Part shown: positions 30,693 through 46,111 of the stretch, piece by piece
How the letters are laid out: each line of letters opens with the position of its first letter
Numbering within the stretch: position 1 is the stretch's first letter
NCBI GenBank assembly: GCA_000004695.1
Contig: CM000151.3
Location: 4,032,001-4,096,000 of the forward strand
Direction of reading: 5' to 3'
Source: Dictyostelium discoideum
Taxonomy: Eukaryota
Length of the DNA: 64,000 nucleotides
Notes under the pieces: model-generated
Told to the model about the DNA's origin: nothing
Database searches by the model: none
Seen by the model: only the letters and a program-made list of their open reading frames with translations
Translations under genes and position numbers: made by a program

Positions 30693-31205
30693 CTATTTGT
30701 ATTCTTTGAGAGTTCCAGTTTCAAATACACTAATTACTCTATTTGAACGTTTTGGAGTTTGAGTATTCCAAGTTGAATTTTTTAATTCTATAGCAGCTTC
30801 AGCCCACTTTTTTTCTTCAATTAATTTAAGAGATTTTTTAAATTTTGAAACATTGCTAGCACCCATTTGAAAAACCATATTTGCCAAAGCCATCTTACGA
30901 TTTGAGTCCAAATTATTATAAATTGTTGATAGGGTTGAACTATTTTCAATGGAATTAATGGCAACTGATTTATCTTTTTCAAATAAACTCTCTGATTCTG
31001 AACTTGAAATTTCTGGTTCTTTTTTTGAATTCAATTTAACCGTATGGCCAATTTCACCTTCAAGAATTTTGATTGCTTCATTTTTATCTTTATTTTTGGT
31101 AATTAAATGTCCAATTCCAATAGTATAATTACCTTCAGTATCTTTATACATTTCTAACTTTTCACCTTCATCATACTTTAACATATCTTTTAATGAAGAA
31201 ACCAT
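30693..31205 (-). CDS. Phage T4-type lysozyme (GH24), 170 aa; tandem copy 2
   Basis: A paralog of the gene at 29568-30080 with the same length and about 70-75% identity. It carries [29 protein letters not shown] and [22 protein letters not shown]. The two copies have the same orientation and lie about 1.1 kb apart. Confidence 0.85.
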   Translation of the reverse strand: [170 protein letters not shown]

Positions 31206-31395
31206 TATTTTTTATTTATTTTTTTTATTTAAAATTTATTTATTTATATATATATATATAATTATTTAATTATTTCCAATTGTATGTGTGTATGTGTGTA
31301 ATATATTTTTTTTTTTTTCAATCCTATTAAATAATAACCCCACAAAAAAAATAAAAAATAAAAAAATTAAAAATAAAATAAAATTAAATTGTAAA

Positions 31396-31619
31396 TAGTA
31401 CAATTTAAGTGAATATAATAAACAACTTATTTTTTTAAGAATAAATTAAACAAATATAGAAATTTAATTCTTTTTCAAATTATTAAACTTTTTTTTTTTT
31501 TTTTTTTTATTTTAATAGTACAATTTAAGTAATTATAATAAACAACTTATTTTTTTAAGAATAAATTAAACAAATATAGAAATTTAATTCTTTTTCAAAT
31601 TATTAAACTTTTTTTTCTT
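31396..31619. repeat. Near-perfect tandem duplication of a roughly 100-bp AT-rich unit with a 120-bp period
   Basis: TAGTACAATTTAAGT(G/A)A(A)TATAATAAACAACTTATTTTTTTAAGAATAAATTAAACAAATATAGAAATTTAATTCTTTTTCAAATTATTAAACTTTTTTTT occurs at 31396-31497 and again at 31516-31617. Confidence 0.9.
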
Positions 31620-31638
31620 TTTATTTTTTTTTTTTATT

Positions 31639-32346
31639 TTAAGTAAAAGAAACTTTTAATTTTAATTCTTTTTCAAAAGTATCAAAGAATATATTCGAAT
31701 ATTTTTTAAAATGTGATTCTATTAAATCTCTATTTGATTTTAATTGATCAAATGTACAAAAATAACTAAAGATAACTCTATTATTTTCAGATTGATAGCC
31801 TATATCCATAATTTCATCGATTTGTGAATCTTGACTATCATTACCACTATTGACATTCTCTTTTAAAGTGAATGGATAATCTAATAATTTTGAGAGTTGA
31901 TTTTCTTTTAAATATAATTCAATTGAACCATTTGATAATGTCGATGAACTAATCAATTGAATAAACTCTTGATTGTATAATGGATGAAGCTTATTATAAA
32001 CCAATAAACAATTCTTGAATGAACAATTCGATGTCTCTAACTTGTCAATGATTTTATAATCTATAATTGATGAGAATCTGTTAAGTGGTTCTGATAAAAC
32101 ATTATCAATGAAACTTTGATTCAACGATATTAAACCATTGCCATCACCACCAATATGAAGATTTGAAAACTCGGTTATTAACGTTAAGAATTTTAGTCCC
32201 TTCAATGTGAACATTATTTCGCCAAAGAATAATAAATTCTCTACATTATATCCAATTGATGTTAATTCTTGTATTTGTTTTATACCTATACATTCTTTCC
32301 ACCATTTAATTTCATTTATTAAAATATTATTAATGATGTCATTCAT
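31639..32346 (-). CDS. Hypothetical protein, 235 aa
   Basis: A clean ORF whose composition is less AT-skewed than its flanks. No recognisable domain. Confidence 0.4.
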   Translation of the reverse strand: MNDIINNILINEIKWWKECIGIKQIQELTSIGYNVENLLFFGEIMFTLKGLKFLTLITEFSNLHIGGDGNGLISLNQSFIDNVLSEPLNRFSSIIDYKIIDKLETSNCSFKNCLLVYNKLHPLYNQEFIQLISSSTLSNGSIELYLKENQLSKLLDYPFTLKENVNSGNDSQDSQIDEIMDIGYQSENNRVIFSYFCTFDQLKSNRDLIESHFKKYSNIFFDTFEKELKLKVSFT

Positions 32347-32615
32347 TACCCCAACTATATACTATTAAACTTTTATTACTATTATTTTTATTAATTTTCA
32401 TATATAAAAAAAAAAAAAAATAAAAAATAAAAAAAATAAAAAAAAAAAATAAAAAAATAATAATTTTTATTATATATTTGAAAAGAGATAAAATAAAAAT
32501 ATTATAAATAAATAAATATATATATATGTGTATATTTGTGTCTTTAAAAAACTCTATCTATATCTTTTTTTTTTTTTTAATTTTTTTTAATATTATTATT
32601 ATTAAATTATAATTA

Positions 32616-32647
<32 letters not shown>

Positions 32648-33362
32648 TAAATTTAATTTATTTTTTAATTTATTTTTTAAGGGTGTTGCGTGTGTGTCAA
32701 AGAAAAAAAAAAAAAAATAAAAAAAAAAAATAAAAAATAAAAATAAAATAATATTTTTTAAAAAAAAAAACAAAAAAAAAAAAAATTTATATATAAAAAA
32801 AAAAAATTAATATTTTTGAAAAATCACTATCAAGCGCACCCATTATATTTTTTTTTTTTTCTCCCTAATATTTCAATTCTTATATCTATATATATTTCAA
32901 TCTATATTTTATATTATATAAAGTACTATATAATATAAATAACATATATATATAAAAATAAATAAATCATAGTTTTTTTTTTTTTTTTTTGTTTTTTTTT
33001 TTTTTTTTTGTTTTTTTTTTGTTTTTTTTTTTTATCATACCACCCTTCAAACTTAAACAATTATTATAAAAATAATTGATTGTATATATAGTCAAAAAAT
33101 AATAAATAGTAATAACAAAAAACACATACAATCATATATATAAAATAATATATATTTCTCTGTAAAATAACTTTTTTTTTTTTTTTATTTTGTACACACC
33201 ACACACACTTTAATCAATAGCAGTATTTCCAATTAAAAAGGGAAAAACTCAAAAAAAAAAAAAAAAAAAAAAAAAAAACCCTCAAAAAAAAAAAAAAAAA
33301 AACACACAACAAGTTAAATATATATATTCATCAAAAATAAATAAAGAAAGAAAAGGAATAAA

Positions 33363-34961
<1,599 letters not shown>

Positions 34962-34964
34962 AAC

Positions 34965-35037
<73 letters not shown>

Positions 35038-36267
35038 TAAAATGAAAATAATAATAACTTATTTGGTATATCTTTTAAAAGATCCAAAAAAGAAAAAAAT
35101 ATATATTTATTTGAAATAAATTTGTATAAATAGAATAAAAAAAAACTTTTTAGCTTCACTTTTTTTTTTTTTTTTTTTTTTTTTCTTCAATTCAATTTTA
35201 TAACTTTTCTCTTCTTTATTTGAGTTGGTTGTTACTGTTATTTTTTTAAAAATATTTTTTTTTTTTTTCATAATATTATTTAAAAAAGTTAGATATAATA
35301 ATTAAAAAAACTATTTTAAACTACTACCATCCCTATTTTCATATTGATTTGATAATTTAGAGAAAGTTGGTAGATATTAAATAAAAAAAAAAGAAAAAAA
35401 AAAAATAAAAAAATTTATTATTTTTAATAAAAAATTGGAATATAAAACAAGAAAAAATATTGTGTGATTAATTATTATTATTTTTTTTTTTTTTACTTTG
35501 AACATACAAAATTATTATTGATAAAATAAAATAATCGATCTTTTACAATTTTTCTTAAAAATTGGAAGTCCTTTAAATATTATTTGGTTCTATTTAATTC
35601 CATGCAATGATATCATTCTTATTTAGTGCAATAAATAATTTCAATATTCAATATGGTGAATTAATTATTTTTATTATTTCTTTTTTTAATAACTAGATAA
35701 ACTAAATTTATAATGTATTTAAAAAATTCTAAAAATTTGAGACCCATATGATTTTTTCAAATTTGAAATATCCAAAAAATATTAAAACGAAATTTCGTCC
35801 AATTAATTTTTTTTCTATTTTTTTTTTTTTTTTTTTTTCCAAATGGCTAAATTGATTTTCAAAAATTTGATGTCTTTTGAATTTTTGAAAGTTACCAAAA
35901 AAAAAAAAAAAAAAAAAAAAAATTCGGAATTTTCAATTGATAAATAGTTTTACTTTTAAAAAAATAAATAAAAAAAAAAATAATAGTTATTATTGAATCC
36001 AATAATAATATTAAGTAATTTAATTAAATTATAACCCAAAAGATTTTAAAATCTTTTTTTTTAAAATTTATTTTATTATATTTTATTTTATTTATTTTTT
36101 ATTTTTTTTTTTCTTTTGCCAAAAAAATTTTAGAATCAATATATATATATTGTTTTGTTTTTTTTTTTGTTTTGTGTTTTGTTTTGATTTTTTTCTGATT
36201 TTTTTTTTTTTTTTTGTATACATATTTATAATCAATAGCTTTTAACAATTATAATTGATAATTGTAT

Positions 36268-37914
<1,647 letters not shown>

Positions 37915-37915
37915 T

Positions 37916-37985
37916 ATTATTTTATTTTATTTTATTTTATTTTATTTTATTTTATTTTATTTTATTTTATTTTATTTTATTTTAT
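37916..37985. repeat. (TTTTA)14 pentanucleotide microsatellite immediately 5' of the RWP-RK start codon
   Basis: A direct read of ttttattttattttatt... Similar (ATTTT)n arrays fill both introns of the WD40 gene (6731-6805 and 7238-7296), and a (TTTTA)n/(TTTTG)n array lies at 54535-54590. Confidence 0.9.
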
Positions 37986-38204
37986 TAAAAAAAAAAAATA
38001 TATATTTACTTGGTACATAAAAAAAAAAAATTAAAAATTTTATTAATATGTATATATTTATAAAAATAGATATAGATATAGATATATTAGGATATGAAAA
38101 AAAAAAAAAAAATACAAGATCAAAAAAAAAAAAAGAATATATTTTTAATTTTTTTTTTTTTTTTTTTTTTTTTGACACGAAAAATAAAAGGAAAACCCTG
38201 GTTT

Positions 38205-38246
<42 letters not shown>

Positions 38247-39155
38247 ATTTTATATAAAAATAGAAATGAAATGTTTTATTTTTTATATATGTATATTTTT
38301 TTTTTTTTTTTTTTAATTTTTTTTAATTTTTTTTAATTTTTTTTAATTTTTTTTATTTTTTTATTTTTTTATTTTTATTTTATCTTTTGGAATCATATGT
38401 ATAATAAGATTTTTAAAAAAGAATAAAAAAAAAATTAAAAAAAAAAAAAAAAAAAAAATCAAGCTCGAATTTAAATTTTTATTTATAAAAAAAAAAAAAT
38501 AAAAAATAAAAAAATAAAAAAATAAAAAAAAAAATATAAAAAATCAGGGTTGCTAATGGGACTCTAATAGGAGTGGGACCCTTTGATTTGATAAAAAAAA
38601 AAAAAAAAAAAAAAAACAATTGTATTTTTTAATAAAAATATTTTTATTGACCCGACTCCCTGGTCATTGTTTTTTCAAAAAAAAAACATTCCTCAATGGA
38701 ATGAGTGGTTATGTTCGCAAATTTGGAAAGTCTTAGCACCACTAACTCACTAAAAAAAAAAAAATTTGAAAAAAATAAAATTTTAAAAAAAAATTTAGTG
38801 AGCTTAATCTTAAAAAATAAAAATTTCCGCAACCAGGTTTTTTTTTTTTGGTATCAAAACGATTCCCAACTTTCCAATTTTTTTTTTTTTTTTTTCAATA
38901 CCAACAACAATTGAGAAAAGTATCATAAATTTGAACCTCTTGGTACTGAGGGAGTATCAAATTTGAGAAATTCAAAAATAAGGTGATGTAGAAATGCGAA
39001 TTATATAAATTTTAAAATTATTTGTAAGAATTCAAATTAATCCCATGATATATAATTTTATTTAAATATTTTTTTTTCTTTTAAACCTATAATTTTTTCC
39101 TAACACAAAAAATTAAACATAATATTTTTATTACTTTTTTATTTCATACTCTACG

Positions 39156-39188
<33 letters not shown>

Positions 39189-39733
39189 TATTTTTGATTT
39201 TGATTTTTTTGATTTTTTTTTTTTTTTTTTGACTGTTCACTCACCTGGTGTTTTTTTTGGTATCAAAACAATTCCCAAATTAAAAAAATAAAAATTTAAA
39301 TAAAAAAATAAAAAAATAAAATAATATTTTAGCACTGATTTAACATTATGGTAAACATAAATAAAAAAAAAGAATATCACATGATATTTTTTTTTTTTTT
39401 TTTTTTTTTTTACTTTCCAATTGAAAGAAAGAGAGACAGAAAAGAAACCATAATAGCAACACATTATAATTATTATTTAAAAGAATTTTAATATGAGAAA
39501 AAAAAAAAAAAAAAAAAAATTTCGTTTTTTAAGACATGAATAATCATTGGATTGCAAATGAGTTAATTTTAAAATAAAATGTAATGGATTTTTTTTTTTT
39601 TTTGAAAGAGTGGATATTTATTTTAGTTGCACTTATTTTATTAAGGAACAAAATATGGGGATTCTCCACCAATTCACCATTAAATCACAATTGTAGTTAT
39701 TTTACCGAAAAGACATTTCGACCTTTTTTTTTT

Positions 39734-39774
<41 letters not shown>

Positions 39775-39867
39775 AAATGGTATTAAAAAAAAAATAAAAA
39801 AAAAAAAACAAAAAAAAAAAAAAAAAAAAAAAAATTAAAAACAAAACAAAATGAAAAAAAAAACATA

Positions 39868-40004
39868 ACAATCTGATATCCAAGATATGTAATAAAAAAA
39901 ACTAAAAAATAAAATAAAAAGTGTAATTTTTTAAAACAAAACATAATTGATGAATTTTATTTTTTTTTATATTTTTTATTTTTATTTTTATTTTTTTTTT
40001 TTTT

Positions 40005-40028
<24 letters not shown>
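39868..40028. repeat. Inverted repeat with about 27-bp arms and a roughly 110-bp AT-rich spacer, overlapping the 3' end of the LAMTOR3 CDS
   Basis: The left arm ACAATCTGATATCCAAGATATGTAA (39868-39892) is the exact reverse complement of the right arm TTACATATCTTGGATATCAGATTG (40005-40028), with 21 contiguous bp exact. Confidence 0.85.
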
Positions 40029-41042
<1,014 letters not shown>

Positions 41043-41151
41043 TGTATATTTAAAAATTAGTTTATATAGGTTAAATATATAATTCGTTTATAAAAAAAAT
41101 AGAATAAAAAAAAATTAAAAGAAAAATAAAAAAAAATGAAAAAGAAAATTC

Positions 41152-41200
<49 letters not shown>

Positions 41201-41503
41201 TATTTTTAAATTTTTTAATATTGCAAAACTTTTAAAAGAAAAAAAAAAAAAAAAAAAAAAAAAACCAAATAAAGGTTTTTTATATACATTAACTATTTAT
41301 GGTAATTATTATTATTATTATTATTGTTTTTTTAATTATCTAATTATCTAAATATATATATTATTTTTTTATAATCAAATAAATTTTTTTTTTTTTTTTT
41401 TTGATGATATTTTTATTAATAAATTTTTTATTCCCAAATAATAATAGAAAGTAAGATTCAATTTTATTATTAATTGTTCATTACCAAAATTGGAGGATAA
41501 ACC

Positions 41504-41546
<43 letters not shown>

Positions 41547-41813
41547 TGCACCTTTTCAAAAAAATCGAAATAGGAACCAAAAAGTTGGGTTTAATAATAA
41601 TCATTTTTGGTGTGATTTTAAAAAGTTTCATTTTTTATTATTATTTTAAAATAAAATATTGTTTTGTTTTGTTTTTTTCTTTTTTTTTTTTTTTTTTTTT
41701 TTTGATTTCACTTTAACAAAAATTGATTCAATAAAATGGTATTGTTTAAATTGTATCATTTTTAAAATGGGTATTATTTGAAACTTTTTTTTGAAAAATT
41801 AAAAACCAATTTT

Positions 41814-41859
<46 letters not shown>

Positions 41860-42348
41860 CCACTTTTTTCAATTTATTTTTTCAGTTGACATTTAACTAA
41901 ACACACAATAAAAAAATAAAAATAAAAATAAAAAATAAAAAGAAAAATAATTAAATTTGATGTTTCTTTACAATCAATAATAATTTGTTTTTATACTTTT
42001 TTTTCCTCAAAAAAAAAATATTTATTAATGAAAAAAGAATAAATTATTCAAAAAAAAAAAAAAAAAAAAATCAAATAAAGGTAGTTATTTTATTAGAACT
42101 TTTCTTTTCTGTGAATAATAAATTATTATTATTATTATTTATTTATTATATTATATTATTTATTATTTATTATTTATTTATTTCATTTCAACAACATTTT
42201 TTGTTCATTCATCATCATCATCTTGTGTAACTAATTCATCAAAAACACATCACAATATTCTCTTATCAAATTATTATCATCATCATTATTTTCATCGGAT
42301 TGTTTAATATTTGTAGATAAATTTTAAAAAATTATATTGTAAGGAGGA

Positions 42349-42384
<36 letters not shown>

Positions 42385-42894
42385 ATGATTTAATCTCCCT
42401 TTTCTCCCCACCCGATCAAAAATATTTTTTTTTTTTATTTTTTTTATTTGTAACACACAATTTAATGCATTAAAAAAATAAAAAAAAAAAGATAGTGGAG
42501 GTAATAATAATTGTTAAAGATAGATAATAGCAGTAGTAGCAATAAATAAATAAAGTTATTATATATGGTAGTGGTTGTAATTAACAATATTACTATTTTA
42601 TAAATCTTAATAATGTTGAGGAGGTGTGGGTTTGTGTTTGTTTTGGGATGGCGTGGGGGTTATTGGTTTTTTTTTTTTTTTCTTAGCTTTTTTTAGTTAA
42701 TAATAATAATTTTTCTTTTTATTTATTTTTTTTTAAAAAAATTTTTTTCTATGTGTGCATTCATTTTGATACATCATATCATAAAATCACAATTTTAAAA
42801 AAAGAGATTGATAAAAAAAAAAAAAAAAAAAAAAAAAATATACTCTATCACTTTTTTTTATTTTTTATTTTTTTATTTTTTTTTTCTTTTATTA

Positions 42895-42983
<89 letters not shown>

Positions 42984-43524
42984 TTTTTTTTCAAATAGAT
43001 AAATAATACATTATAGAGCTAATAATAATAATTGACTACTTTTATAATTATTTTATTTTTATTTTTATTTTTATTTTTATTTTTATTTATTTTTTAAAAT
43101 TCAACATATTTGTTACATTTATTTCCTATTCTAATAATAAATTTTATAATAATTATCTTTATTAACATAATTTAATTTATTTTCTCAATTTTAGATTTAC
43201 GCATAATACAATTATTTTAATTATTTTTTTTTCCAAATTTATTTTTTTATTTTTTAAAAACAATTCTTAAGGATATACATAATTATATATAAAAAAAAAA
43301 TAATAATCAAGAAGAAAAAAAAAAAAAAAAAAATAATTAAAAAACAATAATCAAAAAAAAAAAAAAAAAAAAAAAAAAAACATAACAAATTTATATATAT
43401 ATTATTATATTATATTATATTTATTTATTTTCCAAAACAAAAAAAAAAAAAAAAAAATAATTTCTTTTGTAACACTACCAATAATAAAATAAAAATTTTA
43501 AAAAATAAAATTAAATAAAATAAA

Positions 43525-43888
43525 ATGAAAGAAGAAGAAATTGCAAATTTAGGACCTCAGGAATATTTCAATTATTTAGAGGGAATAAATAAAAAGATTA
43601 TTATAGAATTAAAAACTGTTGCAAATATTGATACAGCCAAAGATACTGATAATTTACAAAATATATTAATTGAATCATCATTGGCATTGGAACATAATAT
43701 AAGGAATTTATTATATTTCGTTGATAAATGTCCAATTTCATATGATCAAATAGTTCATTATCATTCACATTTTAAAGAAGTTGTAAAGATTTTCTTTCAA
43801 GTTTGTCAAGATTTAATTAAAGCTGCTCAAGTATGTTATTATTATTATAATTTTTTTTTTTTTTTCTTCACTCCTCCTCTCCCCTCTT

Positions 43889-43926
<38 letters not shown>

Positions 43927-44230
43927 ATTAAAATTTATAATTATTTTAATATTTAGGCATTAATTTTAAATTCATGTGATTATTTAACAACATCAAATTT
44001 TGCAAAATGTAGAGGAGAGGCAATTAAAACTATAAAGAATACGATGGCAACGTGTAGTAATTTCGAAAAGTTATATTATAATCCAGATTTACAATTAGAG
44101 GATGAGGTTGATCTTGTTCATCAACAACAACAAAAAGAACAAGAACAACAACAAAAAGAACAAGAACAATATGAACAAGAACAATTAATTTTAAAACAAT
44201 TAAAAGAACAAGAATTAAAAAAACAACAAG

Positions 44231-44295
<65 letters not shown>

Positions 44296-45232
44296 AAACA
44301 CCAAGAAGAAAAAGAGAAAAATGATCAAAAAGAAAAAGAAGAGAAATTAAAAAAACAATTATTAGCAGAACAACAAAAACAAAAACAAGAGGAATTAGAA
44401 AGACAACAACAACAATTACAACAACAACAACAATTACTACAACAACAACAACAATTATTACAACAACAACAACAACAACAACGTTCAGATCCAATTATTA
44501 TACCACCAATTACATTAAAAACATCACAATCAGATTTATTAAGTGGTGGATTATCACCAAAAGTGAATTCACCAGGTTCACCCAATTTAGGTAAATTTAC
44601 AGAATCAGCAGAACGTGTTGCAAATTTTGATAGAGGTACAGCAAATATTATATTGAATATGAATAAGATCAAAGAGATATCATTGAGTGGTGATAGTGAA
44701 CAAGCACCAGAGATTGTCACAGCGGCAAGAATCATCTCTGAGAATATCGCTATCATATCCAAGGAATTACGATACAAAACATTGGGTACGAATCTTAGTG
44801 AACATTTCGTATCGGTTGTACAAGTTGCAAGATTAGCCATAAAGAATAAATCAGATCAATTCTATCAGGATCAATTGGAATTGGCAATTGAAAAATTTAA
44901 TGATACAATGCGTAAAATCATTTACTCTGTAAAGAGTATCTCAAAGAGTTCAATGAATCTTAGACAATTTGGTGTTGATGAGTCATCTTTAGGTAGATCA
45001 CCAGTTGTATCACCAGAGAAATCAATTTCACCAAGTTTTACAAGTAGTACAAGTGAACGTATTTTATCACATGAAATTAAAAATCATAATAATAATAATA
45101 ATAATTATAATAATAGTAGTACTAATAATTTACAAACTTCATTTTCAACACCTTCATTATCTTCAAATCATTCACAACAACCAAATCAACAACCATTACA
45201 ATCACCTTTATTAATTAATCAATTACAATCTA

Positions 45233-45263
<31 letters not shown>

Positions 45264-46050
45264 TCTTTCAAATTCTTTAAATTCTATACAACTACCTCAA
45301 GCAACAACTACAACAACAACAGCAACATCTCCATCAACCTCTACATCAACATCAACCTCAACATCACCAAATTCATCATCATTATCAATTTCAGATCAAG
45401 ATAAACAATTAAAAAGAAAAGAAAAACAACATCAAATCGTAATTCCAAAAGATGTTAAAGATTCAGTTGCAAATCAACAACAACAGCAACAACAACAACA
45501 AAATGGTACTACATCACCAAGAAATAATGAATCATCAGTAACAGCAGCAACAACAACAACAACATCAACAACAGCATCAATTACAACAAATGTTAATACA
45601 ATACCAAATTTCCCACCAAATAAACAATTACCAGCAACACCAACAACAGGTACACCATCAACATCAACACCAACACCACAAACACCAACATCAACTTCAC
45701 AAAATGATAAACAGAATGAAAATAATAATAAAGAGAATTTTGTTGACAAACAAAAAACATTGGGTAAATTATTTTCAAAGTTTGTTCATAAAAAGAGAAC
45801 ACCATTACCAGGATTTGATTCATCCAATTCATCATCACCATCAAATAATTCAAATACAACCAATTCATCATCTCATTCTAGTACAAACAGTTCACCAATG
45901 GAAACTTCACCAGGTGTTGAATCTCCAAAAATTACAAAAAGTCCTTCTCAAAATAATATTTTAGTTGATAGTTTAGATATTGGTTCTGATAATCAACAAC
46001 AACAACAAGATAAATTAACAACCACAACTTCAACAACGACAATAACAATA

Positions 46051-46111
<61 letters not shown>

